Source: Pelomyxa schiedti (taxonomy: Eukaryota > Protista > Evosea). Taken from it: 64,000 nt of DNA. Numbering within the stretch: the first letter of the stretch is position 1; each line of letters begins with the position of its first letter. Below, piece by piece: positions 1-12,400 of the stretch. The notes under the pieces are model-generated. The model was not told where the DNA came from. It did no database searches and worked only from the letters and a program-made list of their open reading frames with translations. The stretch spans positions 91,120 through 155,119 of the forward strand of contig JAHLWZ010000796.1 of the NCBI GenBank assembly GCA_020536535.1, written 5' to 3'. The position numbers and the translations under genes were made by a program.

Positions 1-104
1 GGATGACGAAAAGGACAAGGAGTAGAGGCAAAAAAAAACAACAATTGGCTCGCGAGGCACGTGGTACTCTGGGGGCTGGAGCCAACCACTTTGCCTTGTG
101 TTAT

Positions 105-1027
105 TTATTATGTGTAGATAGCCAATCAAAATATTTCTTACTAGTTTTTCTTCTTTTGGGCAAAGCCAAAATAAATAAATTTAGAAGCAGCTGGCAACAA
201 GGCCACGCCTATAAGTCGGGATTAGAAGAAGCAATTTATTTTGTTGTGGTACTTACACGGCATTTATGGAAGCTGTATCGGATGTCCATATTGAGGTGTA
301 TGTGCTAATTTTCACTTCACCAGCATACTTCATTCCACTGAAGGTGCAAGTCTTCTTGATTATGTCTATTGCTGGATCACATGTAGTTGTGTCAGTGTCC
401 CCACAGGTTGCAATTACACCTATTTTCTTGGCCTTCATCCTACGGTTGTATTTTTGGGGCAAGAAGAAGCTCCAGTTTCCATACCTTTCTGCAATTTCAT
501 CGTGCCATGCCCAACTTTCATTGTAGAACGCAGTCCAGCGATCCATATAAGATTTCATCTATATATGTCCAAGACATAAAACATAAGTAAAAAGAATTTT
601 GCATACAATAACCAACCTGAGCAGTCATTGACCAGAAGTAGACCGGTGTGGCGTGAATGATGATATCCGCCTCCACAATTTTTGGATAAATGGCATTCAT
701 GTCGTCATTAAGAACGCATTTCATGGCGCGCCCAGTAGCACGACAGCCGTGGCAGTCCGTGCAGCTGCCAGTGAAGATGATGAGATAAAGGAGGTTTACA
801 GCAAACCCAAAAAGGGCAGACAGGAGACACACCCGCCAATGTGCTTTCCGTGCAAATACACCTTTTCGACCTCGGCACCTCGTTCTGTTGCTGCGGCAAT
901 GGCGCAGTCGGCAAAGAAGTCCCTTTTGAGTGTCTTAATGACTGAAACGAAATGAATCGCCGTAGTTTCCTCATACGTACGTGCTCTTTCCAACTCGAGG
1001 GCTCCCCACAACAACGAGAACTTTCAT
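105..1027 (-). CDS. Iron-sulfur flavoprotein / NADPH-dependent FMN reductase family (multi-exon; 3' end approximate)
   Basis: Manual splice gives MKVLVVVGSPRVGKSTDFFADCAIAAATERGAEVEKVYLHGKHIGGCTDCHGCRATGRAMKCVLNDDMNAIYPKIVEADIIIHATPVYFWSMTAQMKSYMDRW. It has the GSPR FMN loop, a CX2CX2CX8C cluster motif and the TPVY...K...DR signature. Confidence 0.85.
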
Positions 1028-1142
1028 TTGTTTTTTAATAGTGAAAATATGAGGGGGTTTTCTTTTATTTACGTTAAATTAGGGTTTCTCTTCAAACGGC
1101 GCCATCATAATTACTGCGAAGTAGCTGATTTCTGTTCTGAAA

Positions 1143-4100
1143 TTATTCGTGCAGTGAATTCCTTGTGGGTTTCGCCACGGAAATTTGGGCAGCAAGGGCC
1201 AATAGGGCATCTTGGTACATCTTTTCAGGTACCTCCACCACTTTTTCAGTGACAACAGTGGCTAACTCCTGGGTCTATGTGTTTGGTTGTTGTAGGTGGT
1301 AGAATTATAATGAGTTGGTACACAAAAACCAAACCTTAAGAATTGCTTCATAGAACTTGTTCACTGTTGGGATATTGGAGTGGATAAACGGGTTGAGGTC
1401 CACCATGAACTGCTCCTTGTTGCCAAATTCCATTTGGTTTGCAAGGGCTTGTAGTACTTTGCATACAAGGGTAAGTTCTCGCCTAAAGGAAGAATCTGGG
1501 GGCTCTAAATAGCTGTGAATTTGGTGCTATTTTGTTTTTGTTGTTAACAAAAAAAAACTGAAAAGCAGAACCTTTGAGAAGGCCGTACTGCTCTGGAATC
1601 GCGATAGCTGTGCAGTAAAATCGTAGGAACATGAAAGCACCTATGGCTATGTTTTCACTGCCAGGGAACCTTGCTTTTACTTCTTTGTGAATATGGCAGC
1701 AAATCCTCTGAAGCTCTCTAAAAATACCATTGAGAAAGAAAGGTGCTAAACGAAAGGAAGTATACTCAGGGAGGTGTTGCGCCGAACGAGTAATCTGTGT
1801 TATAAATTTCTGGCTCATAAGTTCAAGCAAGATCGTGTTCAACATTCCATCAGACTCCGCGGCCATTTTTGATGGGTCAACTTCCAATTGTGACTCAAAT
1901 AGTTGGACTGAATCTCCACTCTGAAAAAATATTATTACTTGACTGTCATTCAAATGTACCTGGTCAGAGTCCGTGTTGCTTTCTCTGTGCTTTTTAAGTT
2001 CTGGAGGATCGATGATTCAAATTGAAAATTTTCAAGTTGACCAATAAACCTGCAAATAGAACGGCTAAACTTCTAAAGAGATATTCGATGCCAACAATTT
2101 TAGAATAAAATTTGAATGCCTAGCCTATGTATGAGTATGGAGTAGACGGGAAAAAGTACCTTAGATGAAGGGCTATTGTTGCGGAAAAGGGTTGTTTCTG
2201 AAGAGGTGTGTCGAATATCTTCAGAGATTAAGTGAAGCATAAGTTCAAGGCCTGTCGCGTATCAGCTGATAGGGAAAAAATCGAGTTTTTTCCATACCTC
2301 TTCCATGATTGATATATGCATACACCAATGCTTTGCACATATTGTCAGCCATTGTTATATCCATTGTATCAATAATGATATCTACCCTCGCAAAAGAAGT
2401 CTCCATTTTAACCATCTTCTTTAATTTTAGTATTAGCTTTGGGAAACTTTTCCACCTCTTCTATTTCTGGAATATGCCTCTCAGCTTCAGCTCTCTCAGA
2501 ATCCGAAATGCAGGGTAAAGTCACTTTAAGAAGTGAACGTTACAGTTTGACTGGTAAAATGTACCAGGAGTAAATATCAGAGACTGAAAGTTGGGGATCT
2601 CAAATTGACGCCTGCGTTTCCTTAGAAATACAAGTCCTAAAACAAGAATTCCAAGTATAGCACCTAAACATAAAATAGCAACACCAACTCCAACTCCAAT
2701 TGCAACCCCGTGGTTGTCTTGGATGAGCTCAGTGAGACAATTTACTGTTGTTTAAGGCTCACCCTTGGTATCCTCTTCACTGCTTCCAACAAAAATATTA
2801 CATGTTGTGCCGTTCCAGCCTGGGAAGCAACGGCAGAATATGAGCGGCTCCTCACATACAGCATGGCTACAGTTAAGAGAAGCGCAATCATGCGGACGTG
2901 TAGTAAAGGCAAACACTGCAGACGTGGCAGAATCATAACCATTGCTTAATAGAACACGCCAATAATATGTTGTGTTCAAAGTCAACTCTGGATTTTTCTG
3001 TTGGATTCTCCTGATATTGGAGGCTACCTTCTATTATAGTGTAGTCAATGCCCGTCGTGAAGGCGGAAAACACAGCAGAGACAGGTGAAGTCCAGTTATT
3101 TAGGAGGAGTTCTTCCTCAGTATTCATGAAAACGGTGATAGAGGCAAGAGAAAGGGTCTCGGCGCATGGTGCCCCAACCATATCTGATGTAATTGGCATC
3201 CACTGGAGGGTGAGTTCTGAACAAGAGTTATAAATTTTATCACGCAAAAGCAAAAACCTAGATTGGTTATATTTGTCGAGTTATTGGAAGGATAAAGCAG
3301 AGTTGTAGCTGTGGGTAATTTACATATCTTAAAGAACTAGGCGAGTTAGGACCATAGCTACAAAAGGATACAATCTTACTATTTTTTCGCTAGGTGTTGA
3401 TTGCCTCTCTCTATTCACAGAAAAAACTTGCCAAAACCATTGCTGCCTCCCAAAGGTTAAATTCCACACCTTTGAAGTAAATTGTTAAATACAATCGGCT
3501 ACTCAATGAATAGTACCGGAATATTGATTAGACCTGTTAAATCTCCACTTAAGCGAACTGTTTCATTGAAATCTTTTTGTCCATATATGACCTTGTGCAA
3601 AGTTAAAAGTTATCTATTTTAGGGTCCCTCGAATACATTATAGTAATTTTCTGGTTCAGGAGACAAGCAAACGTTTCCCCAATCACCAGATGAATAAAAA
3701 CTCATATTAAATGAGCTTTCAGAAATAAAGTCCCCTCGTAAAGGGTATTGGATAGCAACAACACTTGGAAAAGTAGAAATACACATCTGTAGTTGTTAGG
3801 AAAGAAAACAAAACAGAGACAGACTTACCCAAAAGCTGCTGGTTCTTCCATGTGCTTCCAGGCCTCGCGCATTACGGACTTTGATATCCCAATACCAATA
3901 TCCCTGAGACAAACCAGGTACAGAAATGGAGGTTTCTGAGGTTTCAGAGAAAAAGTCGGGAGGCTCGTGTTGGGATAGAGAAATCCGATAAACCAAATCT
4001 GAGGATAGCCCACAAACATTACCAATGTCAGTGGGGGCATTCCAGGAAAGCGTAACAGAAGAGAGTGGGGTATTAAGATCATCTTTTGGGGTCATTTCTG

Positions 4101-7100
4101 TTACATTACTTGGACCGCTGGGAATACACTTCGTGAAACTGCAACTACTAAGAAAATGTAATAGAAGTTGTTCCTCCAAACCTGCTGGTAAGGGAAGATG
4201 AATTTTCTGCTCCGTTGAAAACCACCACTCTCCAGTACCACAAGCCCTCAGATAAGGTATCTGGCACTAGCCAAGATGTGGAAGTAGGTTGCAATATTTT
4301 CATCAAAGATGCATCACTGAAGAGAATGCCGAGGTTTGAGGCCATAAATATAAATATTGAGGGTGATCCCTGTTGAGGGCCGCAAGGAGTTCCCAGAACG
4401 GGATCAGCTGTGCGCCATGTAAGAGTAATTGGAGCCACGGCAATAGAGGAAGCGTTTGGCAAAATTAAAACGGGTGTACTTGTTTGTTTGAGGAATAATT
4501 AAGGAAATTACGCAAAGGAACCTTGGAGAGACGGCAATGCACACTTCAAAGGCTCCATTAGTTCTATTGTTTGCATAACTGCCTAGTATTCCGTTATCTG
4601 CTCGTACATTCCAGTTGTATTTCCCAGCTTGGAGTAGTGCAGTATATCTGAAAAATATTTATTGGAGAACAACGCTAGAATAAGGTGCCTGGTTTCAGGT
4701 ACAGTGAACCAATATTCAGTCCGGGGAGACAATAGTAAAATATAAATGAAGTAGGAGGAAGACTCCCCACAGGCGTTTCCATTTGCGGTGGTCCATTGGA
4801 AGAAGACTGTACCATTGTAGGAGGTTACATCTACAAAATTGGTTAATTCTCATAGGGAAGTTCAGGAAGTTAATGCTACCAGGGAAATTGATGGAAAGCT
4901 GTTCAGCACTAGGAAGGCAGACCGAAAAATTGCTCTTGGCAAAAGCTGATTTATCATCCTTTTTAAGCAGAAGGTACCAAGAATATGTTTCTCCATCCAG
5001 AAAAGAGTAATCTTGAGAGCGCATCACAAAAGTTGATTGCGTTGAAGGCAGGTGTTGCACCAAGTTGAACGACTTCCCTGTGACATTTAGCACAAATTCC
5101 AATTCTTCATTACAGGATTTTCCCCCTTTGCAAGATTGAGAAGGATTAAAAGTTTCTGTGACGTACAAGTTGCATTCCACCAAAGGGAGACATTCGAGAC
5201 AAATATTTGAAATGGGGATAGTATTGGTGTAACTGGTGATTCTGGATAACAAAGTGCAAAAGTTCGGCTACTCGATAGAGTAGTTGCATTTCCATTGAAA
5301 GATTCAACCCACCAGGTCCAATTTCCTTCAGCTTCATAGGGAGTTGTGACCTCGGCAGCTTCGTTTCCAAGAACTGAGATAAACAGTGTGCCGTTGAGGT
5401 ACACTTGATAGACACCAGGGAAGGAGGAGTTCTTACAGTATGTACCAAAACTATTTATGTTGTAAATGTCTAGCCAATGTGCTACTTGGAAGAGCGATGG
5501 AAAGTTCTACCTTGCTGGCTCCCATTGAAGCAGTGTATTATTACCTCTTATAAGAGCTCCGGGAAGAGGATAAAGAAGAGAAACGGGCTACATTTCACTC
5601 AGAATTGCTTATAAAATTACCAAGAGCTCACCTCAGGAGGACTATTTGTGCAGTCATTACTTACAAATTGTCTAACAGAAGAACTTGCACGCAGATTTCC
5701 ATTAAAAGCCTCTACTTTCCATGATAGAGTTCCAGAGAGTGATGTGAGATTATAAGAGTAATAAAGGGCTCCCGTTGTTTGCCCTATTGGGGCCATGGTT
5801 GTGGAGCTGTTTCCTTGGAGAAGGTGAAACATAGGCAGATAGAAAATATGTACCAAGATATATCGTAAAATTAGATACTAAAGTGGTGCAAGGAATTCCC
5901 CAATCACTGATTGTCCACTCAAATGTCACTTCAGGTGTGACAACAGTCGCATGGTTTGCTGGAGTTGAAAGCTCTATCCCGGAAGGAGCTTCTGGAACGC
6001 ATACCTCCCAGGAAATATTAACAGTTGTTGCACCTCCGTCTATCAGAAAACTAAGTATGTAGAAAGAGGAAACAAACTTGAAAGCCCATTGCTTGTGGTT
6101 ATCCACCAAGAGTATAAACCCGCTTCATTCAAGTTCACTAGGAGAGAAGTAGACGGATGATTCACTGTCGAAGAAACAATAATTTTCCCAGATGAACTTG
6201 CGACAAATACAGTGTATGTTTTCACTGTGCTAATTGAGGTTAGTATTGTTGATTCTGGGAAATGTGTAAACCTCTCGCATGCTTGGCCCCAATCCTCAAC
6301 TGAGTCCCAGAGAAACAGTCTGAATGAATCAGAAGTTGGTTACAAGATATTGTTACCTTGATGATGACGAATTGGAATCATTCGAGCATGGAATCATTGA
6401 AGATATATTTGGAGTAGATGGCACTGTGCTTTCACATACGAAAAATGTGGCACTTGAAGAGGAACTTGTATAGAATCCATTGAACGACTATTTTGCATGT
6501 GGACAACATGTTGTCATTTGTACAATTACCCCTCCCTCCCCAATGTGGTTGTTTCCTTGGATAAATACTTTGACAAGCCAAGTGTGATAGCCAGGAGAGA
6601 CTGTAGTGGTTATCTCTGTTTCAGTACTATTACTGATATTCGTGTCATTTACAAAAAGCTCGAAAAGTTGAGTAGTCACTCCCGCACACTGAGTACCCCA
6701 AGTATTTTGGTATGACCAATCCTTACCCCAAGGTCAACGAACAAGTTTCATAAGAATCGTCCTACCCAGGAAAAAGTGATTACAAGTCCAAGATTCAAAA
6801 ATCTTTGTGTATCTGCTGGCGATACAATGGCGGCGGATGACGGGGCTGCTGCAGTGCATACTATTTTTATTAGAAATAAGAATGTAAATTATTAGGCACA
6901 TACTTGTAAATGTACTGCTCTCTGAAGAAGAAGTGCCCCCGGCGGCAATGGCATCTACATACCATGTATATGTGCCATCACTTAGACCTCCTGGTATAAT
7001 CCAGAAATTCTCGTCTATTGGGTCTGATAAAGTAAGAAGCAGTTATTTTATGAGAAAGTACTTGTGTTCTGTTTATCTGATGTTGATGGGTACCGCCCCA

Positions 7101-9025
7101 AAGCAAAGAAAATGTTATATTTCCTATTTGATATTCCGCACTCTGACCCCCATGAGACAGGGGCAGTCCAGTTCAGGTATACTGGATTTTCACTCCCTAT
7201 ACAGTTGTTGGAATTGTTTAACCATGGAAACTTTACCACAGGGAGTTAAAGACGGTTTCATTGGGGCCGTCACGGTGCAGGTTGAAAAAGAATACGAAAG
7301 GGAACAATTAGTTGTGTCGGATGCCTGAGGAGTAAATCATGCACACAGCAATAAAACTTCACCCCCAATACATACTCCACGGCGTTTCAAAGCAGTTACA
7401 GTCCATGTGTAGTCGGTATTTTCCAGTAAGGATTGTGTGGTTGGTGTCCATGTAAGTGTCGAGCTTTGTGGTTCCGATACAGTCTTTAGTTAACCATAAG
7501 AATATCATTATTTGGGTCTCTTTGGATATACTATGAGTTGATCAACAACACTTGCGCCACCAATAATCTTAATATAATAATACTCAATAGCATCATCACA
7601 TGTAACACCGAAGCTTGCAGAACTCCAAGAAAAAGTAGGCTTCAGTGTGGTGGTGATGACTTCTCCCTTCTATGAAACGTTTAAAAAAATATAATTAAGA
7701 AAAGTAATGGAAAACCTCAGGAGAAATAAGGGATGGAGCTAGAGGGTACTCCTGAACACACACTTTGCATGTGTCAGATGCAGAAAAGTTCGATGAATCT
7801 CCTTCATAAGGTTACACTACAGATGTGAAGAAAGGGTCTTGCTAGTATTTTGCATGGTCACATTCAAATAATATAGGCCGGGTTTCACAGTGAAATTACT
7901 AGATAGTGTTCTGACCCATTCCCACCAATTACCGCAGCCCGCAGTCTCGAGGGTAGGTTTGGAGATTTACAAATACATTAGGAGTGACATACAAAATGGA
8001 GAGAGGATGTTTGTGAGCCAGTCAAAGTAGTATTGAAAGTAACATCAAAGATAGAACATGAACACTGGGTGTCAACTGTAAAAATCCACTGGTAGAGAAA
8101 ACTCTTGGACACAATGACTGGGTAACGGGCAGATACCTGGGTAGGGACTGTGGCACTATGCCCCATTACTACATTGTAAACTGCCATGGTATTTGGAGCT
8201 GGAACACTGATCCTCAATGTTGCTGTTGTGGTGGGTGCACATAACCATGTTGCTTTATCTTTTTCAGAGGTGAGTTTTAATGAGGGAAAAAAATGAGACA
8301 ACAGTAAAAGCCATAATTTTTCTTCGTGCCTCCTGAATCAGCAGAAACAGAGCAGGTTTCTAATGAAAGGACATGAGTACAAATTCCAGGTGGGGAGGAA
8401 GAAAAAACAAAAAAGCATAAGTGTACTTTGAGTATTGTATGCAAGTGACCCAGCATCAACTGCCCAGCCATTATCCCATACAGTGTAAGGTACACTATTG
8501 TCATCTCTAAACAAAAAGGAAAATCAGAAAGCTGGAAAACGTGAGGAAAACGCAACCTGGCCTGGTTGCTCCACCACATCCATCCCAAACAGTCCCCACT
8601 GGGTGTAAATTTAACGGAAAAATTTGGTTGGCCAGTAAACGACGCGTTCAGATTATACGTGTGGGTCCTTTTGGAGATGATGAATTTTCGTATAGGATTG
8701 TTAGATTTGGGTTGGTGATCTGGGTGGTGGGACAATTTATGAACAACAAATACATCAATGGTAGTGTAGTTGAACAAACCTTTCGGCCACGTTGAACGTG
8801 GGCATCGTGGAGCTGTCAGTAACGGCATTGGAAGATGGACATGATACCACAGTCCAATCACTGACATTGAGTGAATTTGGCGGTTGGTTTCTTTTTAAGG
8901 ATGGGGGTTGAAACTGACCAGAAAGTGAGTTTTGTGATGGGATTTGCTGCCCGTGCTAGTGCTCCGAGACAAAGCAGTATTATACAGCTGAGAAATGCAC
9001 ACCGTTTTTCGTTGCGTTCTTTCAT
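1143..9025 (-). CDS. Large type I membrane protein: signal peptide, many FnIII-like repeats, EGF module, one TM helix, cytoplasmic RasGAP domain
   Basis: N-terminus MKERNEKRCAFLSCIILLCLGALARA (ATG 9025). Repeated ~100-aa modules with W...Y...WxWxVxxxNG (e.g. ORFs 4148-4462, 3796-4179, 5087-5404). EGF-like CRCFPGWNGTTC near 2800. TM GVAIGVGVGVAILCLGAILGILVLGLVFL followed by RKRRR at ~2610-2710. RasGAP motifs LFRNNS (~2170-2190), FMFLRFYCTAI, and LTLVCKVLQALANQMEFGNKEQFMVDLNPFI. Confidence 0.85.
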
Positions 9026-9499
9026 TTTTTTGTTTTATGGGTTTTTTTTCAAATCACATACATCTACCATAGGGTAAGGTGCCTATCTTTTTATCTTTTG
9101 GGGAGGTGCGTTACTTTCCATCGATTTTTCTGACTTTCTCCGGCGTCACCCGTACACACCCTGCCTTTAACGGGACTTACTGAAGATTGTTTCCTGGAAA
9201 CGTCGAGTTGAAATGGATCTTATGCAGCCCGCAATTGCAGGTAGTTGATACTGATGGTTGAGGTCTGAGGAATGCATCATCATGCTGGGGAGCGTGACAC
9301 AACTCACCGCACACAACATGAATATGTTTATGCCTTAACAATACAGCAAAAGAGTCCAGACCACGAAATTAGAGCAAGTTTTCCCAAGTCTACACGAGTT
9401 CCAATTTTCACGGAGTGATTTTTTGCTTTTTTTTTTCTTTTAGTAGTTTTCACCACTACAAGACGGCGAGGGTAACACCAAAACCAAACCTGTCCCACA

Positions 9500-12400
9500 A
9501 TGTCTGCTAAGTACGGGGCCGTCTCCAACGTGCCGGCCTCGCAGTATCAGGCCCGTCAGCCCCCTTCTCAGGTGCCTCCCTCGCCCCCGTCCCATAATCC
9601 AGCCACATCAATTTCACTGACCTCATACGCGTATTCCTCTCCATCTGGAGTTGCAATGGCGACTGCGTCAGCCGCCGCAATGACGAGCATTAACCAGCGG
9701 GAGCCGAAAAAGCACATTAAGCTAAACACCAAAGTAACCAAGAAACAACAACCGCAAGACCTACAGAACCAACAACAGCAGTATTTCCAGCAAATGAATT
9801 TTCAGCAGCAGCAATATGCCATGTCACAACAACAACAACAACAACAACAAATTCAATCACTGGGCAGAGGAGGAAGGGCCAGCAGCCCTGATCAACAGAT
9901 GGTCGCCGTTTCTCCATACGGGGTGTATCCCACAATGACGCCAATGGTGGCACCGCAGGTGGGCTCGGCAATAATGGTGCCTACCGCGTACTACACACCA
10001 CAGCCGCAGCCGCAGCAACAGCAACAGATTATGGGATACGGGGGAGTCCCGCAGAGGGTCATTTCTCCACCACGAGGCAGTTCGCCATTGACCAGGCCTG
10101 AGTCTCCCAACCCTTTGGTCATGGCCCAGCCAACAGCTTCTTCTTCCCCACTGCTGCCAATTGTGGATTCCGCGAACCGGGCCACCTCTCCGTCCTTCAT
10201 GTATTCTCAGTTATCTTCCTATGGTGCCGTGCCCTCCGTGCCTCCATCGCAGCCGCAGCAGCTATCGGCGTCGTCGCCGACGTCATTAGCAGTTCAAGGA
10301 GGCACCAGTTCCGCCCCTTCGTCGCCTGTGCAGAGGGTGGACGAGGCTAGGCAGCCACTGCATCAGTTGTACAATGTTCACAGCGGATTCAGGGGCGTTA
10401 TTGTGGAGTTGAACTTAAGCCCTCATGTGCACTCTCCTCTTGGTGGGAATGCTCCCAATCCAGAACAGATGCAACTGCGGGACCCTCGCGGCACGGTGCT
10501 TCTGAGATCGCCATTTGAGGGTGAAAAAACTGCTTGTTTCAAACCTGAGTATGTGGAGAGTGGAGGAATGCGCGTTTTCTATGGAGATGAACTTATTTTT
10601 GACTTGAAGCGAGGACGGAGTTCTAGACTCCATGCCCTCAGTGTCGCGGTTTTGCGCTTCACAGATACACCATGCCACCGAACATGGGGTGACATACCAC
10701 CTGGTGGCGACCAATTTCATGGATTTCTCCAAAAACTGGAAAGCCTTGACCCAACTACTCTGCAGCTCGCACGAAGTTGCCCAGCTGTTTTGCAACTGGT
10801 GTCTTCACAATGTACCTCCACAACAGTAATTTTCCTGTGTGGCTTTGTGTGCAGTATCCTTGGGCTGTCACATCATGATACAGAATTCTGGAGTCCCATT
10901 GTTTGTAGCAATATTTTACCGTCACTCCTGTCCACCACAGGTCCCCTTCTACGTGAGGGGGACACCATTACGATGAACAATCTTCCTAAAATCAAAACAA
11001 TGGCAACGTTGATTGCAGGAACTTCTGGGGCTAGGATGCTCAGCTCCCTTCTGGAGGCTATTGTCCGGTGCCACAAAAATGAGAAAGAGAACACTGCAAC
11101 CAATTCAGTGTCTTCCTCTGATGAACCTGTATCGGAATTCCTGTTGGGCCTGTTCCGCTGCTCACACCCCCTTCAGCGCAGTGACCCCATTTCTATGTTC
11201 GATTGGCAGCAACTGCCTCTAGTTCCCACTAACGACGAACTGTTTGCATGTGACCTCTCAGAGCTGAGTAACACACTCAAGTCACTTCCTGAAGTTTGTA
11301 ATTTGTACATTATCCCCTGGTAGAAAACTCTTTTGGCAGGTGCGAACAAATACCCCTTACCCCTCAGTGCACAACTATCTGGAGACCTATTTTCGCCTTT
11401 ATAGAGCAGATTGTTTCATGGTGTGCCCTCTTCCGTCACTAAATTTACACCAATAATTTTTAGAATCTCAGCAAATACATTGAACCACTGATAAATCCCA
11501 CTTCATCACACAAATTTGACCCAAGAGATATTGCTGTGTTTGATACTCTAATACTTCGAGGTGTTGATACAACAGACTCACGGGAATTGGTTTACATTCT
11601 CCGATGTCGTCCTCGCTCCACTTTATGTGTGAGATTTCAAAACCTTTCATTTGGCAACCTTCTTGCACTGTCGTTGGATGGCTCCTTCAGAGATGTTATT
11701 TGGGTTACATTGGCATCTTCTGTGTCAACAACTGTCAGAAAAGATATTCGAAGTGCCAACAAGGATAACCCCCCTTTCCTGGATTTGAAGGTGGTCTTTT
11801 GTACCAAAGCAAATGGTGGAGTGGATGCAGAAATAACAGCTGCGCATTCGCTTGCTTGTGGAAATCACTGTGCCCTTCTTGTGGAGAACCCAGTATTCTT
11901 CCTTGCATATGAACCTGTTCTAAGCTCTATACACAACTTAAATCAACTGCGACCCCTACCTTTTGCAGACGAATTGTGTTTCTGCAAATTACCTGAAGCG
12001 CGGAGTGAGCCCGTAAAGGCTCCAACCACTGCCACACGGCCTCTCGAGCCTCTCCCCACATTGGCTGTTTCTAAGATTACAGATTGTTTCACATTTTCTT
12101 CTACTCCAGCTCAGGCAATAAAACTCGATTTTTGGGGTGTGTCCACAGGTGCCTCTACGACTGGGAACAGCAATAACAAATTATCAGAGATTCCCCCATC
12201 AGCATCAATACTTCCTTCAAAGCTTCAAGTACCCTCACCAACTCTAGTGCCCTCCCTTACAAGAACAGCAACAACATCTTGTGTAGTCTCACCTTCAAGT
12301 TCTGCCACTAATGCCGCTGTTCAAAATGCAGTAGTTCCTCCCTCACACAATACGATCCTCTCTGACACTAAGGCTCTGCAAGACCTCCTTTCTTCAGAGC

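Noticed and set aside
3800-8300. Periodic repeats that might be a DNA-level array
   Set aside because: The periodicity is only at protein level (FnIII-like modules); I saw no conserved nucleotide repeat-spacer structure.
8868-8925. Apparent in-frame TGA (possible selenocysteine) after splicing the first RasGAP-receptor intron
   Set aside because: An alternative AG acceptor near 8868 gives an open frame (TFCDW), so no recoding is needed.
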